A DNA stretch of 64,000 nt from Promethearchaeota archaeon (GTDB taxonomy: Archaea; Asgardarchaeota; Lokiarchaeia; Sigyniarchaeales; SOKP01), in assembly GCA_016839555.1 (NCBI GenBank), contig JAEOUA010000007.1, forward strand, positions 160,001 to 224,000. The letters are read 5' to 3'. The notes beneath the pieces were generated by a model. That model did not search any database, had not been told where the DNA came from, and saw nothing but the letters and a program-made list of their open reading frames with translations. Each line of letters starts with the position of its first letter. The first letter of the stretch is position 1. Shown one piece after another: positions 10,426-18,955 of this stretch. Made by a program: the position numbers and the translations under genes.

Positions 10426-10540
10426 GGGGTCGTGGATTAGCTCGGAAGATCACTCGCTTGGCATATGAGTAGCTGGGCAGGATAATGTCTTAGCTCTCAG
10501 CCAAGGCGAGAGGCCGGGGGTTCGAATCCCCCCGACTCCA
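10426..10540 (+). tRNA. tRNA-Ala(GGC) with a 41-nt intron
   Basis: Acceptor GGGGTCG/CGACTCC with G3:U70; discriminator A; anticodon stem CTCGC/GCGAG; GGC at 10460-10462; T-arm GGGGG-TTCGAAT-CCCCC; intron folds as a hairpin. Confidence 0.95.
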
Positions 10541-10645
10541 TAATTTTTAGTTCTCATCCAACGTACAGATTAGTAAACAATTATTCTCCAAAAATAGAAA
10601 ATAATAATCTAATTTACTTTAAGCACATTTATACTTAAGATTTTA

Positions 10646-12766
10646 TTATGAAATTTCTATCTTGTCTGTGAGAATATTTTCAGCGCCTGCTATAGGTTGT
10701 CCTCCTCCAATTGAAATTTCGACTATACCTGGTTCAAGAAGTAAATCACCTTGCTCATTTACATTTTTAAATTGTGAAGAATCTAAGATAAATGAGACTT
10801 GTTTTTTATGATCTTTTTCAATATGAATGCGTTTAAATGCTTTTAATTCATGAATTGGAACTCTGTAAGGTAAATCTTTTCTACCTAAATAGACTTGAAC
10901 GACTTCATCTCCTGAATAAGGCCCTTTATTTAAAACATCCATTTTTATTTCTATATTTTTATTTTCTTCAATTCTATTAGGTTTTATTTTTAGATTTTTA
11001 TAGTGAAATTTAGAATAACTTAGTCCATATCCGAAGGGAAAAAGAACATCACCTTTAAAATAACGATATGTTCTATTTTCCATTGAATAATCTCTATAAT
11101 CAGGAAGTTGGTCAATTGATTTATAAAATGTTAGCGGCAATCTTCCTGCTGGATTATAATCTCCAAATAATACATCTGCTATCGCATTACCCCCCTCACA
11201 TCCAGAATACCATGCTTCAAGAATAGCTGAGGCATTTTGACTAGTTGCTACTGCGCTTCCGCTGGTGAGAATAAGTATTAGAGGTTTTTTAATTTGCTCT
11301 AGTTCTTTTAATAATTTCTCTTGCATTTTAGGAAGTCTTAAATGCGTTCTATCTCCAGTTGTTTCACCAATAACATGTCCTTCTTCTCCTTCCAAGTTTC
11401 CCGTTAGACCAAGAACTGCAATAATAACATCAGATGAGTGGGAAAATTGTATAGCGTGGTTCCAATCTTCTGCCGGTTCTATTAGTGCACAACCTTTAGC
11501 ATAATGAATTTTAAAAGAACCATTGTTTTTATTGTGCGATCCCTCTAAAATTGTTGTAATTTCTGGTGGATTAGTATAATAATGGGGATAATACATTGCT
11601 TCCGGGTTATTAGCATTTGGACCTATTAATGCAATGGAGTCAATTGTTTTTATATCAAGTGGTAATGTATTGTGTTCATTTTTTAATAAAACAATTGTTT
11701 CTTGAGCGCATTGGCGAGCAAGTTCCCGATGCTTTTTAGAATTTATTATATCATACGGGATTTTAGTATAAGGAACTAGTTCGGGAGGATCAAACATACC
11801 TAATTTAATCCGTGCTCTCAGAGCTCGCTTTAATGCTATGTTTATAACTTTTTCAGTTAATTTTCCATCTTTAATGGCTTTTAATACTGATTTTTTTAAT
11901 CGATTCAATTTTGCAGTAGTCATTATATCCATAGGATTAAGTATGTCGCAGCCTGCTTTTAATGCCATAGCAGAAGCTTCTGAATAGTCTTCAGCTACTT
12001 TATGATATTTATGAATATCCCGAATTGCTCCTCCATCGGAAATTACATAACCTTTAAACCCAAATTTATCTCGTAAGATTTCTTGTAATAAATAATGACT
12101 TGCAGAACACGGAACTCCGTATAACCGATGATAAGCACTCATTATTCCTTTTGCATTCGCTTCTTGGATACATGCTTTAAATGCGGGTAAATAGGTTTCA
12201 TATAAATCTTTTTTACTTATATGGATATCCATTCTATGACGATCTTTTTCCGGACCACTATGCACCGCAAAATGTTTTGGCTCGGCCGATGTTTTTAAAT
12301 ATTTTGGGTGAGAACCCTGTAGTCCTTTACAAAATGCTACACCCATTCTAGAGGTTAAGTATGGATCTTCTCCAAAAGTTTCTTGGCAACGCCCCCATCT
12401 CGGGTCTCGAACGATATTAATATTAGGCGCTGAAAACGTAATACCCGTCCAGCGAATTCTCTCATTCCTTCTACAATATTCATGATGTCTGGCTCTTGCT
12501 TCATCTCCAATTACACTTGCGACAGATTCAATAAGTTTTTCATTAAAAGTTGCCGCCATCGCGATTGCTTGAGGGAAAATAGTGGAAATATCGACAAACG
12601 CTACCCCTTGAAGGGCTTCATTACGCCAATCGTATCGAGGAATATTAAGACTCTTTATTTCAGTCGATATATTGAAAATTTGACTAATTTTTTCCTCTAT
12701 AGTCATTCTAGAGATAAGATCCTCTACTCTTTCATCAATGGGAAGGAGATGATTCAAGTATTTCAT
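10646..12766 (-). CDS. Glycoside hydrolase family 3 (beta-xylosidase/beta-glucosidase)
   Basis: RDPRWGR..ETFGEDP, KHFAVH, GYVISD, VLLKN, PFGYGLSY and a C-terminal Fn3-like domain. Confidence 0.93.
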   Translation of the reverse strand: MKYLNHLLPIDERVEDLISRMTIEEKISQIFNISTEIKSLNIPRYDWRNEALQGVAFVDISTIFPQAIAMAATFNEKLIESVASVIGDEARARHHEYCRRNERIRWTGITFSAPNINIVRDPRWGRCQETFGEDPYLTSRMGVAFCKGLQGSHPKYLKTSAEPKHFAVHSGPEKDRHRMDIHISKKDLYETYLPAFKACIQEANAKGIMSAYHRLYGVPCSASHYLLQEILRDKFGFKGYVISDGGAIRDIHKYHKVAEDYSEASAMALKAGCDILNPMDIMTTAKLNRLKKSVLKAIKDGKLTEKVINIALKRALRARIKLGMFDPPELVPYTKIPYDIINSKKHRELARQCAQETIVLLKNEHNTLPLDIKTIDSIALIGPNANNPEAMYYPHYYTNPPEITTILEGSHNKNNGSFKIHYAKGCALIEPAEDWNHAIQFSHSSDVIIAVLGLTGNLEGEEGHVIGETTGDRTHLRLPKMQEKLLKELEQIKKPLILILTSGSAVATSQNASAILEAWYSGCEGGNAIADVLFGDYNPAGRLPLTFYKSIDQLPDYRDYSMENRTYRYFKGDVLFPFGYGLSYSKFHYKNLKIKPNRIEENKNIEIKMDVLNKGPYSGDEVVQVYLGRKDLPYRVPIHELKAFKRIHIEKDHKKQVSFILDSSQFKNVNEQGDLLLEPGIVEISIGGGQPIAGAENILTDKIEIS

Positions 12767-12908
12767 ATGGGCTTTATCCTTATTTTCTATATTGTATCAC
12801 CAATCTTAATCTTCTTGTATTTAACTAAATTAATAAAATAAAAATTATACTCTATAATAAGTTCTAGATAAAAATTTTATTATTTTCACAAAATAATTCA
12901 TAGATATA

Positions 12909-13835
12909 ATGGATGCAAATTATGTTTTTCTTCTTTCTTTAAGCATTATTATTATCGGATATATTGTTAAAAAGGTTGGAATCTTAAAGGAGGAGCATGG
13001 GAGAATAATTGCTAAGTTAATTTTAAATGTAACCCTTCCCGCTTTAATTTTGGAAGTATTTAGTAATATCGAAATCCAACCAACCTTGCTATTGCTGCCT
13101 CTGATTGCTTTAGGTCATAGTGCAATAGTCTTAGCATTTAGTTTCTTAATTTTTAAAAACGCTCCCTTGAAAAAAAAAGGGTTATTTTTAATGACTACTA
13201 TTGGTTTTAATATTGGGTTATTTGCGTATCCAATGATTCAAGCAATATGGGGAGCAAATGGAATGGAATACGTCATAATGTTTGATTTAGGAAATTCATT
13301 TGTTGTCTTTATTTTTGCCTATACTACCGGTTTTATTTATTCTCCTGACATTAAACCAGAAAAAGATAAATTAGAAATTAAAAATATCTTAAAAAGAATT
13401 ATCAAATCAGTCCCTCTCATTGTATTATTTATAGCCATTATAATTAATTTATTAGGAATTATTTTACCAGTGTTTATCACAGATTTATTAAATATTTTAT
13501 CGCGAGCCAATATGGCTCTCACCTTATTGATATTGGGAATATTTATAAATTTTAATTTCGAAAAGGAAAGCTGGAAAAATATTATAAAGGTTCTACTAAT
13601 AAGATATGGTTTTGGGTTTATTTCAGGAATTTTAATATGTTTCTTCTTACCTTTTGAAAATATTTATAATGCCGTAATTTTTGTTGCGCTAACATTACCT
13701 ATTGGAATGAGTGCAATACCTTTTTCCGTTGAATTCGGATATGATGAACGTATTGCTTCTACGCTAGTGAATCTAACAAATATTATTAGCTTTTTTCTTA
13801 TGTGGTTGGTTGTTTCTTTACTAGGAATCAGCTGA
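12909..13835 (+). CDS. AEC (auxin efflux carrier) family transporter
   Basis: About 10 TM segments; LNVTLPALI and NIGLFAYP motifs. Confidence 0.82.
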   Translation: MDANYVFLLSLSIIIIGYIVKKVGILKEEHGRIIAKLILNVTLPALILEVFSNIEIQPTLLLLPLIALGHSAIVLAFSFLIFKNAPLKKKGLFLMTTIGFNIGLFAYPMIQAIWGANGMEYVIMFDLGNSFVVFIFAYTTGFIYSPDIKPEKDKLEIKNILKRIIKSVPLIVLFIAIIINLLGIILPVFITDLLNILSRANMALTLLILGIFINFNFEKESWKNIIKVLLIRYGFGFISGILICFFLPFENIYNAVIFVALTLPIGMSAIPFSVEFGYDERIASTLVNLTNIISFFLMWLVVSLLGIS

Positions 13836-13921
13836 ATAAAAGAATTATAGTGAATCTAAAATTATATATAAGAAAGGTATGCGGTTAATCTTCTATGATA
13901 ATTAAGAAAAAAAGAATTCTA

Positions 13922-14389
13922 TTATTCAGTGAAAATATTATATGTATTAATTAGCTTTGTCTTAATTGATTTAGCCAATGGACATCTATTTTCTGTAATT
14001 TCTAAAATTCTCCTTGCCTTCTTTTCTCTCATAGAGGATGGTATCGTAAGCGTGATATCTTGCTCTATTTTTTCCATCATTTTTACTCCAGTACTGGTAC
14101 CTACATAACCCTTAGATTCTATTTCTAATTCTGTATAATTAAAATTGGAATTAGAACAAACGACTGTGAAAGTGGTAAAAAAGCATCCAGATATCGCAGC
14201 AAGAAAATAGTGTTCCGGAGTATATAGTTTTTCTCTATTTTGTCCTTCCGGCCCCTCATAGGCGACTGGGAGTTGAAAAGTTAATTCTGGTAAAGAAGAA
14301 TTTTTGGGATTATTAATTTTATGGATTCTTTTTCTTGGATTTTCAGTCAAAGGGCCACTTCTCAATAATAAGTTAAATTCATCAGCCAT
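13922..14389 (-). CDS. OsmC/Ohr family protein
   Basis: TPEHYFLAAISGC and RCPL cysteine pair. Confidence 0.82.
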   Translation of the reverse strand: MADEFNLLLRSGPLTENPRKRIHKINNPKNSSLPELTFQLPVAYEGPEGQNREKLYTPEHYFLAAISGCFFTTFTVVCSNSNFNYTELEIESKGYVGTSTGVKMMEKIEQDITLTIPSSMREKKARRILEITENRCPLAKSIKTKLINTYNIFTE

Positions 14390-14524
14390 TTTAATACCTC
14401 TGGAATTGGATAAATTTTATTTATTTGTTTTTTTGATTTTCTTTAAATTTTATTTAATTTTAAGTAATTTTATCTTATATTTGTTTAAAATATTTTAGTA
14501 AATAGCAAAAAAGAGTCTAAAATA

Positions 14525-15232
14525 CTATAATTTTATCAAAACATTTCCATCCTCTTGTCCGATATACGCTTTTGTAGTCATCCCTAAGAATAATCCTGTG
14601 TCAACTATGCCTGGTATATTCAGCAATTTCTGATTAAGTTCTGATGGGTTTTTAATAATTCCAAAATCCACATCAATGATAAAATTGCCGTTATCCGTAA
14701 CAAGAGGGCCCGCTTTGGCTTTTGCCATCCTTAATAGTGGTTTTCCGTCCATTTTTTCTAATTTTTTCATAATAGGGACATAAGCTTTTGGAATGACTTC
14801 TATTGGAACCCCTTTCTTCCATTTTTCACCTAAGAAAGTCGAATCTTTTCTAAAATCAGCAATTATAATCAATTTTTTAGAATTATAGGCAATTATTTTC
14901 TCCTGGACTAAACACCCTCCGCCACCTTTAATAAGATTTAAGTTTTTATCAATTTCATCGGCACCATCAATATCTAAATCAATATTCGGATATTGATCTA
15001 AAGTTCCTAAAGTTAATCCATGATCGATAATTAGTTTATACGCTTGAAATGAGCTGGGTATACATATCAATCCTAAATCATTTTTTTTATTCATTTCTGC
15101 TACTTTCTCGATAGCATATACTATAGTGGACCCACTTCCCAATCCTAGTATCATGCCTTTTTTCACGTTCTCTTCTACAGCTTTTTCTGCAGCATTTTTC
15201 TTAGCATTTTCAATTCCTTTATTTTGAGACAT
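14525..15232 (-). CDS. rpiA: Ribose-5-phosphate isomerase A
   Basis: GLGSGST, DGADE, IKGGGG, VTDNGN. Confidence 0.96.
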   Translation of the reverse strand: MSQNKGIENAKKNAAEKAVEENVKKGMILGLGSGSTIVYAIEKVAEMNKKNDLGLICIPSSFQAYKLIIDHGLTLGTLDQYPNIDLDIDGADEIDKNLNLIKGGGGCLVQEKIIAYNSKKLIIIADFRKDSTFLGEKWKKGVPIEVIPKAYVPIMKKLEKMDGKPLLRMAKAKAGPLVTDNGNFIIDVDFGIIKNPSELNQKLLNIPGIVDTGLFLGMTTKAYIGQEDGNVLIKL

Positions 15233-15254
15233 CTTAATTTCACTTTTAGACTTT

Positions 15255-15674
15255 TTAATCTAATAATTTTAATATTCTAATTGCTAAATAGGCAGCATTT
15301 TCACCTCTATCAATTCCCACCGTTGCAACCGGAACACCAGGCGGCATCTGAGCAGTCGATAGCAACGCATCAAGCCCTCCTAATTTTGCAGAAACGGGTA
15401 CACCAATAACGGGTTTATCTGTTTTAGAAGCAATCACACCTGGTAGTGCTGCTGAAAGTCCTGCGACAGCAATAAATATAAGTGCTTCACTTTCTTTTAT
15501 ATATTCATCAAGTTTTTCTGGATCTCTATGCACAGAGATTATTTGGAATTCATGGGGAATCTTATTTTCTTTTAATACATCTAGCGTCTTAGTATAAACA
15601 TGTTCATCAGATTTGCTCCCAGCAATAATTGCTACTCTAATTTTTTGACTAATTTTTTTACTATTCTTACTCAT
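15255..15674 (-). CDS. purE: AIR carboxylase / N5-CAIR mutase
   Basis: [35 protein letters not shown]. Confidence 0.93.
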   Translation of the reverse strand: MSKNSKKISQKIRVAIIAGSKSDEHVYTKTLDVLKENKIPHEFQIISVHRDPEKLDEYIKESEALIFIAVAGLSAALPGVIASKTDKPVIGVPVSAKLGGLDALLSTAQMPPGVPVATVGIDRGENAAYLAIRILKLLD

Positions 15675-15902
15675 ACTATGTGTTAATTATTTTTTAATTA
15701 TTTATTTTTTTAAATTAAAGAATGATCTTGAACATTTAATGTAAATTTTTATGTTTTTAATATAAATAATTATGATCTTCCTCAATAGTATGCCTTTTAA
15801 GATTCATAAAGATTTTCAAAAACTTTAATTAATTTTTTAAATTTCATAAATTATTAAACTAATCATATTAGTTAAATAAAAGCAAGAGTTGAAAAAATTA
15901 AA

Positions 15903-17222
15903 ATGCCAGAAACAAAAGAAGTTTGGATGATAGATTATGCGAGAACTCCATTCTCTCGTTCTAGACCGAAAACTCCGGAACGAGATGTATTTGGTGAGAT
16001 TCGCGGTGATGAGCTTTTAGCTACCTTATTGATGAAGTTTTTTGATCAGAAATTAGCTGATAAAGGCATCCTGAAATCAGATATTGACGAGGCGACTGTT
16101 GGAACTGCTATGGGAGTATATGAAAATTGGACCTACGGGGGTAGGCTCCCATTATTTTTGGCTAAGTTTCCCGCAGACACACCTGGATTATTTGTAGACC
16201 GTCAATGCGGCTCGGCCGGAAGCGGTATGCATGTTGGCATCATGGAAATAATGCTCGGTTATAGCAAATGCACCTTAGCCACAGGGGTAGAACATATGAC
16301 AAGAGTTTCAATGCAAAATGATTGGGTGAGACCAAACTTAAAAATGATTAATAAGAATAGTGAATGGTATAGACCCGAGTATGATTTATTAACTACAATC
16401 AACATGATTCAAACTGCTCAAAAGCTTTATGAACAAGAGACTCCGTATTTTACCAAAGAAGATTTAGATAAATTTGGTGTGCGCAGTCATAATTTAACGG
16501 TCAAATCTCAAGAAGAAAACTGGTTCACAAGTGGTGTATGGGGTGGGGAAATTATACCAATTGAAGCTCACGCTGAAGGAAATGTTGAAGAGAAAATGAT
16601 TGTCGATAAAGATATGGCAGCTCGTAAATCCAAATTGGAGGTTGTAAGCCAATTAACTAGATTATCGAAACCATTTTATTTAAAGCAGAATATATATGGA
16701 GAAGATATTGGGGGACGAAGTGGATATGCGGAACGAGAAGGTACAAAAGATGGTGTTATAACACCTGGAAACTCATCCCCTCTAAATGCAGGTGCTACAG
16801 CAGCGGTATTAATGGAGGCTGAAGAAGCTAAAAAGAGAGGGCTTGAACCTTTGGCTAAAATTGTGTCAATTGGTTGGGCAGCTGTGGATCCTTCTGTAAT
16901 GGGTCGTGGACCGGTTCCAGCAACAGAAATGGCACTCAAACATGCGGGTATGAAAGCAGAAGATATTGATTATTGGGAGATTAATGAGGCGTTCTGTATT
17001 GTTACTTTGAACTGTATGAGAGCTTTTAATATTCCAGAAGAAAAAGTTAATGTAATGGGCGGAAGTACCGCAATTGGTCATCCATTAGGGTCAACAATGG
17101 TTCGTTTACCCGGTACCCTCGCGAGAATTTTACGAGATAAAGGCGCAAAATATGGTTTGGCAAATGCCTGTTGTGGTGGCGGTCAAGGAGTAGCTGTACT
17201 TATTGAGAATCCTGACGCATAA
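15903..17222 (+). CDS. Thiolase (acetyl-CoA C-acyltransferase)
   Basis: DRQCGS, EINEAF, GHPLG, CCGGGQG. Confidence 0.93.
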   Translation: MPETKEVWMIDYARTPFSRSRPKTPERDVFGEIRGDELLATLLMKFFDQKLADKGILKSDIDEATVGTAMGVYENWTYGGRLPLFLAKFPADTPGLFVDRQCGSAGSGMHVGIMEIMLGYSKCTLATGVEHMTRVSMQNDWVRPNLKMINKNSEWYRPEYDLLTTINMIQTAQKLYEQETPYFTKEDLDKFGVRSHNLTVKSQEENWFTSGVWGGEIIPIEAHAEGNVEEKMIVDKDMAARKSKLEVVSQLTRLSKPFYLKQNIYGEDIGGRSGYAEREGTKDGVITPGNSSPLNAGATAAVLMEAEEAKKRGLEPLAKIVSIGWAAVDPSVMGRGPVPATEMALKHAGMKAEDIDYWEINEAFCIVTLNCMRAFNIPEEKVNVMGGSTAIGHPLGSTMVRLPGTLARILRDKGAKYGLANACCGGGQGVAVLIENPDA

Positions 17223-17358
17223 AATCTTTACTTTTTTATTTTTCTCTTAATTTATTTTATATTTGTATTCTTTTTTAGAATCAAGAAGTTATTTGAATTT
17301 AGTTTAAATTTTTCTATTTTTCACACAAGGTAAAAATATTATTGATCTCATTAAAAAA

Positions 17359-18102
17359 CTAGAAAATATCATTGAGATTTAAATTTTTAAGGAATTGTGG
17401 TAATGTTTTTTTATTTAGAACAAGATACTCACCATCTATCTCAAATTCATAATTTTCAGCCCAATCAACTATAAATTTCATAAGCTCATTTCTTTCAATA
17501 CTTAAAATATCCTGAATATCAGTGATATTAATCTTTTTTGAGACTCTAAACAAAGATTTAAGTTGTTCGAGGATAATATTTTCTGAGGTTTGACCTTCTA
17601 TTCTTGAGGTATCATCAAGCTTCTTTTCTACGATTTTTTTTGCGTCTTTAGCATATAAAAAATTTGCGTCAATCTCTAATGCCCTTTTATACGCTTTAAG
17701 TGCCTTTTCCAGCAATCCCTTATCTTCATAAACCAAGCCAATATTATAATAACAAAATTTATACTCTGGGTTCAATTTCAGTACCTCTTTAAATTTTATT
17801 AAGGCTTCATCGTGTTTCCCCAATGAAAATAAAGCAATTCCCAAATTATATATCGCACGATAATTTTCAGGCTCAAGATCGATAATTTCTTGATAACATT
17901 TACAAGTTTTTGGGTAATCTATCACCCAATCATCCATTAACCATCCTGCATAATCAAATAATAATTTTATTAATACTGCTTTAATCTTTTGAGAGTTTTT
18001 ATTTTTATCCAACAGATTTTTAATAAGGTTAATGCTTTTTTCATACTCTCCTTTATCTTTTAAAGCTAATGCTTCTTCAATTGTCTCATCCGCGCTTGCC
18101 AT
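17359..18102 (-). CDS. TPR protein with C-terminal winged-helix (PCI-like) domain
   Basis: TPR motifs (YNLGIAL..., YYNIGLVY...) then KINITDIQDILSIER...FEIDGEYLVL. Confidence 0.7.
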   Translation of the reverse strand: MASADETIEEALALKDKGEYEKSINLIKNLLDKNKNSQKIKAVLIKLLFDYAGWLMDDWVIDYPKTCKCYQEIIDLEPENYRAIYNLGIALFSLGKHDEALIKFKEVLKLNPEYKFCYYNIGLVYEDKGLLEKALKAYKRALEIDANFLYAKDAKKIVEKKLDDTSRIEGQTSENIILEQLKSLFRVSKKINITDIQDILSIERNELMKFIVDWAENYEFEIDGEYLVLNKKTLPQFLKNLNLNDIF

Positions 18103-18138
18103 ATGAATATCACTTGTTTTGCTAATTACTAATGATAG

Positions 18139-18759
18139 AAATCCTTAAGAGTAAAAGAATTTAATGATTCTCAAGAATTTGATATTGGCATTTCTCCTGA
18201 AGACCTTTACTGGTCTCAATATGCCCAAGTAATCGCCTTGGAAATGAATTCCGACCCCAATGGTAATAGTGTGCCGGGAGGCGCCTATGCCGTAGATGCC
18301 TCTAATGACTTATACAAATTAACGGTATATGTTGATGAAGTATATTACGATGATGAGCATGAGGGCTGGTTGATGGGCGATGGGGAAATGTACCTTAAAT
18401 TATGGATTGGCGAAGCCTATTTTCCAAGCTACGCAGCTGGTGGCGATTCAAATGATAATCATTTAGATAAAATTGATGATGCAAATGATGATTATGAAAG
18501 TTGTGGAAAAAAGGAGGCGTTAGATTGGAATAATTACCATTATGCCTTAGTCTCATATGATTCCTATATGAAGGTTCGTGTTCAGGCTTCTGAATACGAT
18601 TCAACACTTGGAGATGATGATTATCCCGTATTCCAGTGGTGGTTTAATCCATCTCAATGGCACGGATATATAAATAATGGATGGTATTGGTCTGGAAATC
18701 GCTATGATATGGGAGATTGTCGTTATACAATCTGGTTCCGAATAGACTCGGTCTATTAG
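18139..18759 (+). pseudogene. Acidic, aromatic-rich ORF, probably the 3' fragment of an extracellular protein gene
   Basis: Frame is open from 18139 (after TAA-TGA-TAG) with no start until TTG 18238; no signal peptide; GC-richer than the flanks. Confidence 0.45.
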
Positions 18760-18835
18760 GTTTCGCAATAAAATAAAAAATCTTATCATTTTTTTTTTTT
18801 AATAAATTACTTTTTCTTTTAAGATTTTTTTTATG

Positions 18836-18856
18836 ATTTTATCAAAGTGGAATATG
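18836..18856 (+). repeat. 21-bp direct repeat, copy 1 (ATTTTATCAAAGTGGAATATG)
   Basis: Identical to 21866-21886, with imperfect similarity over about 45 bp. Confidence 0.85.
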
Positions 18857-18955
18857 TTTAAGACTTTTGAGAAGTACTATTTGAGAAACTTGAAGACAAT
18901 TTGTTTCTTAAACCAATAAAAAAGAAATTACTAAAAAAAAATTGAAGATTGAATA

